64,000 nucleotides of DNA from Salisapilia sapeloensis CBS 127946 (GCA_023334545.1 JAADVB010000064.1:1-64000); one strand, 5' to 3'; positions 21,643 through 34,180 are shown, numbered from the stretch's first letter. Notes: generated from the sequence alone by a model not told the origin. Translations and numbers: made by a program.

Positions 21643-23683
21643 CGTATATGTTTATTGGTGTACGTTTCCTTTGAACATTCCAAGGGCATAGTGAATGCGA
21701 GTCAATGAGAGTGAGGTATATTCAAATCAAGTCAGATGTGTGAAAGAACGGTGCAGAACTTGGGACAGCAGCGTCTGATATCTTGGCCCGTTCATTTAAG
21801 TACGTCAACTGGTGAAGGGCATGGAATCGTACGTTCGCGCATAAAAATTAGAAGTGACGGTTGAAGAATACCCAACTGGAGCCAATCCCATTCGCGATGA
21901 TCTGTTTAATGAACAGTATCGAATGAGATATCGGGATATGTAATTTATGACTTGCCTTCATTTATATTCTCCAAATTTTTAGACTTATAGATATTTCCAA
22001 GATATTCCTCCCCCTTTTTCTACTACGCAAGCAAGCTATTTATGAGATGGACTTGCACGAGACTGGGCGGTCCTCTATCATCGAAAGCAATCTGAGATCC
22101 GCGATGAACCAGCTGGAACGGATTGAAAATTTGGACAGCATTACTTCTAATTGTGCGATTGCTATACACACGGTAGCTTTTGTTTAAAGGTCCACTAGTC
22201 GCTGATATGAGTCTGATCTAGACTGCATCTCAGTATTTTCCCAAATTAACTCTTATTTGCTCTACTTTCTATTCAATAATTGCACAATATACACTGTTCA
22301 GCATAGTTTGCTACAATAAACAACCCGGTCTTTTACGTTAATTTCCCTCTCAAAACACTGGTTTGCGCTCACGTTACGCCTCAATTGTTGCTCCCAGACC
22401 TATGTACAACAAAGCAGGATAGCTTAGGGAACAATAACGCCGGAAATTAAACAGAAACGTTTAGAGCTAAAGCTATGGGCTTTGTTTGTAGATTAAAGCG
22501 CCAATGGTTGTAGTGCTTTTTCGGAATGCAGCACGGAAACGATCCATTTCTAATTGAAAAGAATATGGTAAAAAATGGATGTGATACACAGCGTTCTACC
22601 GTCGAATTTGAGGCGATGTGGAGACAACAACGTTACGCATTGTATGCTGATAGTCGTCATTGACGCTTCGATTTTGCACGTACTATGTTGTGATGAAGAA
22701 TATGATCTGTTTATTGTGCTAGTATTTCAAAATGTACATGAACTACTGCAATTCTATAGAGAAGCAATGGTGAGTATACAGACTCCCACGTGCGCAGACA
22801 ATGAAGCACGTAGTTTTGAATGCCTTATTTGGATACAATTTCCTATTGAGCTAAAGCGAGTGAGATCTATGTCATCGATCTTGACATGGGAGTAAAATGT
22901 TAAGTAAAATAGAAATGAGGCGGAGACAGAAGGCTCAGCAGGCCTGGTCAAGTGAAGTTGAAGTATAATGGATCCTAAAGATATCGCAACCTTTTAGGAT
23001 ATTGACGACCGTTTAGGATCCCGCGTCGTGCACAAAGCGCAACGCTGAAGGGCTATACGTGACACGGATGGCGATCACTAATATATGTCTGTCGCTTGAG
23101 CACATGTATCTTTGACAAAACACGATTCGTCATCAGTGCAATGGGATGCTTGTCAAACAGAAAAAAGATACATGTGAAGACAGGTCCAGCTATCCGATCG
23201 ATCTTCCAATTCAACGTAAGCGTTGTCGAGCTGAACGACTAGCTTGCAGCGATTGCCGAAGCCATAGAAAGGATCTTTCGCTTTGAAGAAGTCTTAAAGA
23301 TGCGAAAGCGATAGTAGCCAACAGTCTTGAAGCTGATACTGTACGAATATAATGAATGCAGTTCAGTCTTTTAATGGGCTGTTCCTACCTAGACACTGCC
23401 ACAGCAATACCGATAAAGAGATCGATGACAATAGCAAGGAATATCATTTGTAAGCAATACGCTGCAAGTATCTATTCCATATCCCCTCGTCTTCAACCCA
23501 CGACAATTTGGGCAATTCGCCAAGGATCCTTGTCGGATGGATTTGCATCAGGCCAAGCGGTTTCCTACCAGCAACAGAAGCCTGACATGCGAGATAACTC
23601 AGCTGCACTAAATTGAAGCGAAGCTAAACAGCGTTACATTGATTGAACGGTGGCTACATCTGTCGACACCTTTCAGAGGAAAT

Positions 23684-25677
23684 CTACGCCTCCATGCTCT
23701 TCAGCGTCGGCGAGACACTGAACGTAGCTTCCGTCCGCGCTTGGATGTCCTCGACACTCACATGATCGGCCTTTTCCTCCAGCACCAGTCCGCCGCTACC
23801 GACGGAGAAGACGCCAAGTTCCGTGATGATCTGATCCACGACGCCTGTGCCTGTCAACGGCAACGTGCACTCGTTCAAAATTTTGCTCGCACCGCCCTTG
23901 GCGTTGTGCTCCATGGTAACCACAACCTTATTTCCGCTTCCGACGAGATCCATGGCGCCGCCCATGCCCTTGACCATCTTGCCGGGGATGATCCAGTTGG
24001 CCAAATCGCCATTTCCAGCCACCTGGAGCGCGCCTGGAGAAAGTCATAAGTGCAACGTCAGCTTCAGATCAAAAGATGCCTCGTACCGAGAATCGTCAGA
24101 TGCACGTGGCCACCGCGGATCATGCCGAAGCTGTCGGAAGAGGAGAACGTGGATGATCCAGGCAAGAACGTCACCGTCTCCTTGCCAGCATTGATCAGAT
24201 CCGGGTCCTGCTCTCCCTCCTTCGGGTACGGACCCATGCCCAGGAGCCCATTCTCAGATTGAAGCACCACTTCCACGCCTTGCGGAATGTAGTTGGATGC
24301 AAGTGTCGGCAGGCCAATGCCCAAATTGACGTACATACCGTGCTTGAGCTCCTTTGCAGCACGCTTGATGATGCGCTCTCGATCGGCAGACATTTTATGC
24401 GCCGACGTCTACGTCTGTGTCAGCTCAGCTTTTAGCACCGTACATGAATCGTCTACCTTGCTCTCCGACAGCGTTAGTTTTTCAATACGCTTTTCGTATC
24501 CAGACGCCTGGAAGATGCGTTGGACGTATATGCTGGGTAAATGGACTTCATCTACAGAACCAATTACTTTTCCATGATACCTCCAGCAGATACGGAGCAA
24601 GCCGTACCTGGATGGATCTCTCCCGGCTCGACCAGTTCCTCCACTTCGGCGATCGTGATCTTCCCTGCTTTGGCTGCATCCAGATTAAAGTTCTTCGCGG
24701 TGCCTTTGAAGACGAGGTTGCCAGCAGTGTCTCCCTTCCACGCTTTCACGATGGCATAGTCTCCCGTAATAGCTTCCTCCATCACGTAGTGCCGTCCATT
24801 GAACTCTCTCGTTTCACGAGGAGCGCTCGGGATGGCTGCCGAGCCATCTGCGTTAAGTTTAATGGGAAACCCTCCAGTCTATTACACTATTCAATCGTCT
24901 ACAGTCACCACGAGAAAACAACTAGAGCATACTTGGATGACAGTGCCATAGGCCGTCGGCGTGAAGAAAGCAGGGATACCAGAGCCACCAGCTCGAATCC
25001 GCTCCGCCAGCGTTCCCTACCAGAACATTAGAATTGTAAATGACAAAAGAATGATAGCACGTACTTGCGGCGTGAGCTCCACTTCGAGCTGACCGGTCAG
25101 ATAAAGTTTTTCAAACAAGGCATTCTCACCAACGTATGAAGAAATCATTCGTTTGATCTACTCATAGCATGAGACTTGGTGGTAGAACGGCAGAAACGTC
25201 GTAGTTACCTGGTTCTTCTGAAGCAATAGACCGAGACCAAAGTCGTCAACACCAGCGTTATTGGAGACGCACACGAGGTCTTTAGCTCCCTACATCTAGA
25301 TAAATAAACATGCATTGCATCGTACTCTACAATCTCGTTTACCTGCTTGGTCAATGCCTTGATGCTGTTCTCTGGGATGCCGCAAAGTCCGAATCCACCG
25401 AGGACACTGCGTGCATTCGAATAAGACAAAGCACAAGTGTACATGCAAGATTCATCTACATTTCAGCTCCGTCCGGAATGTCTCGAACGGCTTCGTCGGC
25501 ATTTTGGACCACCTTGCTGCTCTCGAATCGCGTTCCTCCTATGGCGCGCTGGACACAAATTAGTACTTGTCCATGCGTGAGCAATATCAATAAAGCCATG
25601 GAGAGGGGAGGCAACGAGGGACCTACCAGAGGCACATTGAGTGAGGGGCGAAGGCGTTTGGAAGCGAGGCGGAGCAT
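23684..25677 (-). CDS. OXCT1: Succinyl-CoA:3-ketoacid CoA transferase (SCOT), mitochondrial, 10 exons
   Basis: Spliced by hand with 9 GT-AG introns: MLRLASKR transit peptide, [49 protein letters not shown]. Confidence 0.93.
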
Positions 25678-26218
25678 GGTCGTTCTCGTCGAGTGCAAAA
25701 TGAGGTTGTGCGTGGCCAGATCAAGTTCAAGTTGCTGAGTGTCTGAGAACCCAAAAGTCTTTGTCTTCAACCTGGGCTTTGTATGAAGGTGGGATTAACT
25801 TTTGTGTGATGAGACGACACTCTTCCCTCCATGCTCGTACAGAGAATGCTCCTTCAGAGATACTTTCCTACGGAACGGTCCATGTTCTTATTCCATGGCA
25901 AGTACCTTTGTCCTCCTGTCTTTCCTCATTGAAAATCTCAGATAGATCTTTTTGCGTATCTGACCCCATCTTCAACCGCATATCCTCCACAGCTGTTCAT
26001 GACATCGTCGTCTCTACTTCGTCCGCCTCACGCCAGTCCATGCACCGCACACACTCATTCGCCTCCATCACGAAAGATCTCGTAGCTCCTCTCCTGTCAT
26101 ATCATGCACTCTATGCCTCCTCTGCAAAACTCATGCGTCCGTCCAAGATACGCAATACCAAGTCGAAATATCCAATCTCGATCGGAGCTCGTCGCCTCAC
26201 AATCTTTTTTCCACCGTC

Positions 26219-27916
26219 ATGGGCATGTTCGTCGACCCAGCAACGCTCCCAGAAGGCGGAGACGGACTGCTTCAAGTCTGTTTCCTAGGAGCCGTCTATG
26301 GCTTCGTCCTGTACTACGCCAGCAACATGATTTCCGACGGCAGTGAGCTCCTTCTCCTCGTGCCGTCCCTCGCCGGCCTCGTCGGTAGCGTCGTCCTCCC
26401 CGTCCTCGGCGCCGTGCCGGACGGTGCCATCGTGCTCTTCTCGGGCATGGGTCCCGATGCCCAAGAGCAGATCTCGGTCGGTGTCGGCGCTCTTGCCGGC
26501 TCCACCATCATGCTCATCACGATCCCGTGGTGCGTCGCCATCTACGCCGGGCGCGTGAATCTGAACGACAAGGGCAATGGGAATTACAATCGCCCGAAGC
26601 AGGCGGCGGAGAACTGGACCAAGCTTCAACCTCCAGGCAACAAGAGTCTTAAGCGAACGGGTGTCGTCTTCTTTGACGAAATCAGTACGAACGCCAAAAT
26701 GGCCATGGCCACGGGTCTCATCTACCTCATCCTCCAGCTTCCTGCCTTCAAGTACACCGGCACAAAGGCTCGGGACGCTGAGGAAGACCCGGACAAGGTC
26801 GCAGCGCAGGAGAAACCCTTTGCTCTTGCGGCGTTTATCGTCGCCATCATCTCGTTCCTAGCCTACTTGTACTACAACGTCCACAAGTCCTCCCAGGTCT
26901 CGTCAGACAAGGTGGACGAGGTGCGTGTGCAGGCCATTCGCAACGGAAAGATCAGTCTCTCGGGCGTCCTGAGCAAAGAGCTCTCCAAGATGAAGGAGCG
27001 GTCCGAGGACGAGACCACTGCCTTGACTGCCAGGGCGCATCTGGAGCAGGTCAAGCACATCGTCCGCCCCTTCTTCTTCGTCTACGATGAAGACCACAAC
27101 GGCAAGATCGACTCGAATGAGCTCCAGAGCCTATTTAAGGACTTGGGCGAGAGCCTAAAGGACGACGAGGCCAAGCAGTGGCTCAAGTCGGCAGACGTCG
27201 ACAACAGTGGGTACCTGGAGCTAGACGAGCTCGTCCAAGTCACTCTCCGCTATCTCCTCGCCAAGTACGAGAAGGAGCTCAGTGGCAAGAGTAGCGACAA
27301 CGTTCGCATGGGCTCCATCCATCGAGAACCGGTGAACGAAAGCTCTTTCGTGAGCGTCAACGAAGAGGAAGACGAGGAAGAGGAGGACGTGCCGGAGGAT
27401 CTGGCTAACCTCTCGGTCGCAGAGCAGCAGAAACGTATCAAGCTGCGCGCTGCCTGGATGACGCTCGTCGGCACGGCACTCGTGCTCGTCTTCTCGGACC
27501 CGATGGTCGATATCCTGTCCGAGGTAGGCAAGCGCACTGGCGTTCCGTCCTTCTACATCTCGTTCATCTTCGCCCCGCTGGCCTCCAACGCCAGTGAGAT
27601 CATTGCGTCGTACAACTACGCGCTCAAGAAGACGAGCAAGACGATCTCGATCTCGGTCTCGGCGCTCCTTGGCGCCGTCATCATGAACAATACGCTCAAC
27701 GTCGGCATCTTTGCTGGGCTCATGTACTTCAAGAGCTCGGCGCTCGTGTGGGAGTTCACGGCAGAGGTCGCTGCGATTCTGTTTGCCGAAGTCGCAGTTG
27801 GGCTCATGGCCCTGCGGAAGACCCAGCGACTCGTGGACGCGCTCGTGGTGCTCTCGGTCTATCCTGCCTCTCTTGTCATTGTCTACGTGCTGGAGAACGT
27901 TTTTGGACTGGATTAA
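26219..27916 (+). CDS. Ca2+/cation exchanger with two EF-hands (NCL/EF-CAX-like)
   Basis: LGAVPDG and PLASNASE alpha-repeats, EF loops DEDHNGKIDSNE and DVDNSGYLELDE, acidic linker, multiple TM helices. Confidence 0.9.
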   Translation: MGMFVDPATLPEGGDGLLQVCFLGAVYGFVLYYASNMISDGSELLLLVPSLAGLVGSVVLPVLGAVPDGAIVLFSGMGPDAQEQISVGVGALAGSTIMLITIPWCVAIYAGRVNLNDKGNGNYNRPKQAAENWTKLQPPGNKSLKRTGVVFFDEISTNAKMAMATGLIYLILQLPAFKYTGTKARDAEEDPDKVAAQEKPFALAAFIVAIISFLAYLYYNVHKSSQVSSDKVDEVRVQAIRNGKISLSGVLSKELSKMKERSEDETTALTARAHLEQVKHIVRPFFFVYDEDHNGKIDSNELQSLFKDLGESLKDDEAKQWLKSADVDNSGYLELDELVQVTLRYLLAKYEKELSGKSSDNVRMGSIHREPVNESSFVSVNEEEDEEEEDVPEDLANLSVAEQQKRIKLRAAWMTLVGTALVLVFSDPMVDILSEVGKRTGVPSFYISFIFAPLASNASEIIASYNYALKKTSKTISISVSALLGAVIMNNTLNVGIFAGLMYFKSSALVWEFTAEVAAILFAEVAVGLMALRKTQRLVDALVVLSVYPASLVIVYVLENVFGLD

Positions 27917-28359
27917 GACACTGCTTTGTCATTTTTCGTTAACCTGAATGAACACCTGGACTATCATCTTTTGCTTCTTCTGTCTTTATCAACTCTGCGC
28001 TTGTACGAGTAGATGATCGCATGGGTGGTACTTGTAGGACGACAGAAGCTTTAAAGGACGTTATGTACAGGAGCTATTGAGATCGTTGTACCGGTTTCCG
28101 TTAACTTTGCCAGAGATCCATGCGTCCGATAGGATAATCAAAGCTGTTGAAAGGTTGCGCAGTGATACTGCTTTACTCAACAAGAAAATTGGCAGCATAC
28201 TCACCAAGACGATTGAGCGTGAGGTCCACTGGTGCCTCTCTCGGATGCAGAGCATAATATAAAAGTATGGTAACTCAGAAGGTTCCCAAGTCCCTTGTCC
28301 TATCCTTGACCCCATAACTGGGTGCTTTCGTCGAAACCACTGCATTCCACGAGCACCAC

Positions 28360-28403
28360 GACACTTGAGCACCAATCTAAAGACACTTGAGCACCAATCT
28401 AAA
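28360..28403. repeat. Perfect 22-bp tandem duplication
   Basis: GACACTTGAGCACCAATCTAAA x2. Confidence 0.9.
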
Positions 28404-28646
28404 AGCTGTCACGAGCCTCTTAGATGAGTCAGTGTATACTGCAGTCTACCTTCCACTTGCATTCATTGTCAATAGCTAGCAGCCACTTCCACCACGAAGC
28501 ACAACACAATGCTTTACAATCGACACGTGATGATCAACAACATCAGCGCACTGAATATACACGTCTTCAGCTATGAATAGAGGTGTTCCAAGACAACTGG
28601 ATGCATCATGGCTTTAACGTCTCACAGATTCCTATTTGTTTATCGT

Positions 28647-29213
28647 CTATTGTTTGCCTTGCGCTTGGAGGATCTCGTCGTCGGAAAGGAGAGACACGAT
28701 CTCGACGCTGTCAGACACAGCGTCTTCCACCTTCTTACGGCCAGGCAGCACCTTGAGCTCGACAACGAAAGCGCAGCACACGACCTTGCCACCAGCCTTT
28801 TGCACCAGCTTCACACCAGCCTCGGCTGTGCCGCCCGTGGCGAGCAGATCGTCAAGTAGCAAGACGCGGTCTCCTGGTTGCACAGCACCCTCCTGAATGC
28901 TCAACTTGTCCGGACCGTACTCTTTCTCGTACTGCACCGTGTCACTCACACGAGGCATCTTGTCCGGTTTGCGCAACATGAACACACGCTTTCCCCACTT
29001 GGCACCAAAGTAAGGTGCGAAGAGGAAGCCTCGGGCATCGAAGCAGCCGATGCAGTCAAAGGACTCCGGGTCCAGCGCCTTTTCGAACAGGTCAAAGCAT
29101 AGCTGGAGCTCCTTGGGGCTAGCCAACAGGCCGCCGACGTCAAAGAAGTGGGGGACGCCCTTGAACGGGACGCTCGGGATCACTTGGGCCAACTCCTGTT
29201 GCTTGGTCGTCAT
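28647..29213 (-). CDS. APRT: Adenine phosphoribosyltransferase
   Basis: FDARGFLF, LRKPDKMP, KEYG and the PRPP-binding VLLLDDLLATGGT motif; ATG at 29213. Confidence 0.93.
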   Translation of the reverse strand: MTTKQQELAQVIPSVPFKGVPHFFDVGGLLASPKELQLCFDLFEKALDPESFDCIGCFDARGFLFAPYFGAKWGKRVFMLRKPDKMPRVSDTVQYEKEYGPDKLSIQEGAVQPGDRVLLLDDLLATGGTAEAGVKLVQKAGGKVVCCAFVVELKVLPGRKKVEDAVSDSVEIVSLLSDDEILQAQGKQ

Positions 29214-30044
29214 CCTACTCGATTGTATATCAGCACTTCGTGGCTGGCAAGTGCTCGCACTCTGGAAGCCAAGAGCCAAAACGGTTGGTAACCGCCACGT
29301 CCGTCGACCAGCTCACGTGCGTCAGCAGGATTGATTGGCAGGTGTATGACAGAAGGTGGAGCATACAAAATCCATGTCGACTGTACCAAGTGAAGTGCTC
29401 CACACCAATTTAGGTTCTGCCACGATAAGAGCTTTATCTCTTTCTGGCATCTTTGTGGAAACTTGCTTGCTAGAAGGAGGAAACAAATGAAAGGAGTAGA
29501 ATTTCCTGGCCAAGTGTTTCCAAGATCAAACTAGGCGCATATTCGTTGTACTAAAAGTTATTGATCGCATACTTGTTTATTTCTAATTTTAACTATGTGT
29601 CCAGGTCAACTATTCTGCACTTTTATTTTGTAGAGCATGGGCCCAAGTTTTCAGAAATCTCCCTCGAGTCGTGTATTTCAGTAGTGTGCTGAGCAACGCA
29701 AGAGTGAGGTGGCGGAACACCAGTTGCGAACACGCTATCTAGGTGTCATAGAGCTCTGTTACTTTGAGGCTACTACCGGTATTGGCTGAAAACAATTCGG
29801 CGGATAATATTAGATTCATGACGTGGCCTTATCATGCATCACTGGCCTATGCACTTATTCGTACGTGTCATGAATCACGAGAACGACGTAGTGGTACCAG
29901 AGTTTTAAGCTCCCATACAGATCGCAAATGAAGTATACAGATGGAAGAGTGGTGACTCAGCACACAATCACCTTGGCAAGCAAGCACGTAGGAAGTGGAT
30001 CCGAGCCCATTATCCTTTCGACGCCATTGACGGCAAGACAGAAA

Positions 30045-31469
30045 ATGGTGCTTAAAGCAATTTCTGCAACCATTGCGGCCGCATTGGTTTGCACAGCTCA
30101 CGCTGGATTGATTGCCCCTCTCCCGATCACAGGACCATTTAAATTAAATGAAGTTACCAATACTTCTATGGCTTGCGGAGAAGACTTGGGTCAGGCCAGA
30201 TACCAGCATGTAAAGCAAGGCGGCAGTTTTGAGGCACAGTTTCATCGCGACTATGAACTTGACTATGGTGGATATATTGGCGGGTTCATCCGTTGGGCTC
30301 TCGCCCCCATCGAATCTACAGATGATTATCCATCGGCAAGTGATTTTGACAACAACGTCTTGCAATACAGCTGCCACGAAGCATTATGTGAGTTGTACGA
30401 GCCCAAGGATGGAAAAGCGAAGCCATTTTATGAGCTGTCCAAGCTGCCTGAGACGACGAAAGACGATGAAACGATTCGCAATGGATGGGTGTGCAAGGAC
30501 ACGGTAGATATTCCCGAGTCTCTTCCGACTGGATTGTATAAATTTCAGTTCACTCGTTTCGGTGCTGGGGATGCAGTCACAAAGGATCGCGGCAAGAGCG
30601 ATTCGACTGAAAATATTGCGCGGTTAAAATCTCTCAAGCCTGCACCTCCGCAACGCACGTGTGGGTATCTAAAAGTCGGTCCCAAAGATGAAAAAAGTTC
30701 TAGCCTAGGCTCAGGACCAGGTCCAAGCTCAAGCTCAGGCTTGGACTCCATGTCGGGGTCCTTGGATTCCATCGATGGTTCTGGTTCCGACTCGAATTCG
30801 GTCGGACCTGGCACGACTCATGCCGATCCTGCTACAGACGGCAACGATGACGGCCTCAACGTGGACGGAAAGAAAGGAGAGTGGCATTGGGGGGCGACTA
30901 GTAGCACATCAAGCGACGACTCGAAGGGTGGTTCCAATGCCGACAATGTTGATGCCGGTGACGCCGATAGCACTGATACCGGTGGTGGATTATTCGACAC
31001 GGACGACCCTGCATCTGCAAGTGATGCTAACTCGAACTCTGTTAGCGTAGATGGGTCTCATTCTGGCTCTGGTCCATCTCTAGCGAGCAGTCACAGCAGT
31101 AGTGGTAGTGTTGGTGCTACTCCTAGTCAAAACAGCAAGAGTCGATCTGACGGCAATTTGAAAAACGCGAGCGGCTCAGACACTGACGACGTTGCTGGAG
31201 ACAAAGATGCCAACAATAAGCAGAAGGTGAAAGAGGTGACAGTACGAAGGCTGCAAGATGGTTCGAAATCTGGTGGTAAGACCAAACTAGATCTCGGATG
31301 CCCAAAAAACGTAAGAAATGACTACTTGTACAACCGCGGGAGCAGCTGCGCTTATGCCTTTACCAACAAAATTGAAATTGTCGATGGTGAGGCCAAAGAT
31401 CTAGAGAAGTTCCCATTCGAGCCATTTAAGCCTGGTACGCCAGCCGATATTGACCCTGGTTGTGACTAA
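30045..31469 (+). CDS. Secreted protein: Cys-containing N-terminal domain, long Ser/Asp/Gly-rich linker, short Cys-containing C-terminal segment
   Basis: MVLKAISATIAAALVCTA signal peptide at ATG 30045, within a stop-free 513-codon ORF. Confidence 0.85.
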   Translation: MVLKAISATIAAALVCTAHAGLIAPLPITGPFKLNEVTNTSMACGEDLGQARYQHVKQGGSFEAQFHRDYELDYGGYIGGFIRWALAPIESTDDYPSASDFDNNVLQYSCHEALCELYEPKDGKAKPFYELSKLPETTKDDETIRNGWVCKDTVDIPESLPTGLYKFQFTRFGAGDAVTKDRGKSDSTENIARLKSLKPAPPQRTCGYLKVGPKDEKSSSLGSGPGPSSSSGLDSMSGSLDSIDGSGSDSNSVGPGTTHADPATDGNDDGLNVDGKKGEWHWGATSSTSSDDSKGGSNADNVDAGDADSTDTGGGLFDTDDPASASDANSNSVSVDGSHSGSGPSLASSHSSSGSVGATPSQNSKSRSDGNLKNASGSDTDDVAGDKDANNKQKVKEVTVRRLQDGSKSGGKTKLDLGCPKNVRNDYLYNRGSSCAYAFTNKIEIVDGEAKDLEKFPFEPFKPGTPADIDPGCD

Positions 31470-31966
31470 GCACGATAAAAAGCGTGCACCGTATGGACAA
31501 ATAAGAGCTGATGTTACTTTTAAAATTTCGTCTCGGAGACTTTCGGTCAATTTCCATTAGACAAGTAGTAGTGGATTAATGGTGCGTGCTATTTAAAAGA
31601 AAAGGCTGCCAAAGATCCTCTTGCTGCTGATTTTAGCATCGAATTGATTCAACGGATGCTACCAAGCGAACTAGTGTATATGGATCAGGAGAATGCACTA
31701 GTTCATCAATCTTTACAAGACAATCACCAATGAGCTGGGTTTTCTTCTACCCTGTATCAGTTTACAGCAATATAGTACAAAGGTAGGAGACTCGCTAATG
31801 GCAACACTGGTCACGAGGTAACTTCATTTGTACGAACTTTGCAGCACCTGTAATAGTGCAATGAGCTGATCGATGCAGTTAGAATAGACTGTACTTCTAG
31901 ACTAAGAATGCTAATCTTCATGTGGTGTAAAAAGCTGCAGCCCCTACCAAGTACACGGACAAAAGC

Positions 31967-32665
31967 TTAACAACACACGCTACATTTAAAAAGATTGTAT
32001 GCAAGTACCTTGAAATTGGCATCTAGTAGCTTTTGCATTCGGCCTTGATTTTTCACATAAAGCCTGTCCGCTTGCTGTCTCAGTTGTTGGTTCTCGTCTC
32101 GCAGTAGATCTTTTTGTTTAACAGCTTTCAAGTATATACTAAAGGTAGATGTTTCGCTTCTTTCTGTCCAATCTCGCTTACGACTTTGAATTTGTTTCTC
32201 CATCCGTTGAGCTTTCTCCGAAAAGTCCTTTTCCAAGTCCTCCACTTCATCCTTGAGCATTTGAAGGGTATTCTAATCATCGCATCCAACAGTACACCCT
32301 GTTAGCATTCTGACGCCTACATATGTACATTTAGGATACGTATAAGATCGTACTATTTTCTTGTAGTAGCACTCTCGGACGATACGCCGCTGTTTGGCAC
32401 GTCGTATTTTGACCGCTTCGCTGATACCGTTGTTACGCGAACGACGTTTGTGTTGGATTGGTGAGCTTTTGCTCCATTGTGTAGCCTTGCCCAAGTTTCC
32501 ATCACCACCCGTTCTATAAAAGGTAGGGTCTTCGTATGTTGTAGGATTATGAGGTTCAAATCGTTCTAGCAATGGAGTCGCTTGAACTCTTTGTCGTTCT
32601 GGCAAGGCTGCCGTCCTAGATACTGTCGTCAATGTACATGGTAAAGAGAAGAAGGATCGACTCAA
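31967..32665 (-). pseudogene. bZIP/M96-like gene fragment, apparently truncated
   Basis: RRAKQRRIVRECYYKKI|NTLQMLKDEVEDLE via intron 32273-32353. No in-frame ATG upstream (TTG start) and no continuing 3' exon found. Confidence 0.5.
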
Positions 32666-33839
32666 ATTTACATGTCTACATCTGTGGGAGGGTTTAGCAA
32701 GTCGGAGATGCGAACCATTGCTATGCTTCGTAGACGAAAGAGCAATTGGTAAATCCGATCATGCAAGCCGGTGGCTGAGTATTTTGAGCTTTAGTTACCA
32801 TCGCAAAGTAGTCGATTCAATACGGTCTGAACTGGCCAAATAACGATTGACGCCATAAACGTCACCGTCGCACTATCTACACGGGGTCATCGAATATGCA
32901 GACTTTCAGACAAGGCTAAGAGTGTAATCGACGCTTGGCCGCACAATGAGGTCGCGAAGAATCAAGTCGGGTAAGTAATATGCTATCAGAACTTACAATC
33001 TATTCTTCGAATGGGTGAAGAGAACTGCTTCAGCTAATTTTTGATTAGATCAACTCCATCATATGCACTCTGGGAAAGCGATCTTTTAACGAGATTCATC
33101 AACATCGCAATATACATATCACATTTGTGACCACGCAGTATTTAACGGAGATAGCAGGTTTTGATTAAAAAGACAATCGCTTTATGAACACGAAGCTCAT
33201 CACGACGGAATTACCGAAGAGTGGGGAGTGACTATTCGATCGCTGATTTCAAACTTTCGTACACAGAACTTCTCCCAATACACGACGGTACATTTACATA
33301 AGTCGTATAAAACCATGGGCATCAACGATTTACCCATTGATTGAACCAAGTAATAAGGTTTCAAGATAATTGTATCTTGTGTACCTTTGTGGTCCTCATG
33401 TACGTATACGAATGCCAGGCTGAACAAGATATTTACCCAAAATTCTGCCGGACTCTAGCTCATAAGAATACAAGGGGGCCTGCACTTAGTGCTTTTATCC
33501 CGAGGCATCGATCGGTCACAGCATTAGTTATCGAACGTTCCGCCTGAACAGAACGATAGCCGGTAACCAAAGTGACCGTTTGCCGTGAGAGTTCTGACTC
33601 GAACTAGAATGTTGCATCATATTTTAGAGATTATGCACCTTGCCTAAGAGTCTCGCGGCAGTTGTGAGCGGTTACTTTGTGAACGTTTATACCGATTTCT
33701 AGAATCCCATGGGTAGCTTCAAGACAAAGTTATTTATATCAACAACAGAAGGTGAAGATGAGTGATAAGACTCCATCCACTGCCACGAGAGAGCTCAATT
33801 GAGAATCGGACTCGTAACCAGAAGATCTACAAGAGGAAC

Positions 33840-34180
33840 ATGGCAAGCAAAGACGGGAAAGAAGTAGATTATGTTTCGATGCAAGCCAACCTGACCTCTC
33901 AAATTGAGAGCGAGCGCCAAGCTGCAAAACGTTGGTGGGACGATTATGGTCCGTGTTACTTAGAAGACAGCAAGCCAGACGACTTCACCTACGATAATCG
34001 TATTCAAAGACTCAAGTCTTCACTCTCCGACTCAAAGTATAAGCTTCATTTTATGATACCATCGACTCGGCTAACAATGTGTCTGTCGACTACAGGTACC
34101 AACGTGCAGCCATGCATACGACGCACAAGGAATACGGGTGTCGACCTCCGTTCCGGGAGTGTCATAGAAAAGCTGTGTAA
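33840..34180 (+). CDS. Small 93-aa protein, 2 exons, possibly CIMIP1/C20orf85-like ciliary protein
   Basis: Intron 34037-34095 gives MASKDGKEVDYVSMQANLTSQIESERQAAKRWWDDYG...SDSKYQRAAMHTTHKEYGCRPPFRECHRKAV*. The family call is from recalled motif only. Confidence 0.65.

Noticed and set aside
22575-23616. Short plus-strand ORFs and exon-like fragments
   Set aside because: Could not be assembled into a stop-free gene or assigned to a family.
28360-28403. Repeat as CRISPR-like
   Set aside because: Two adjacent copies without spacers, in a eukaryotic context.
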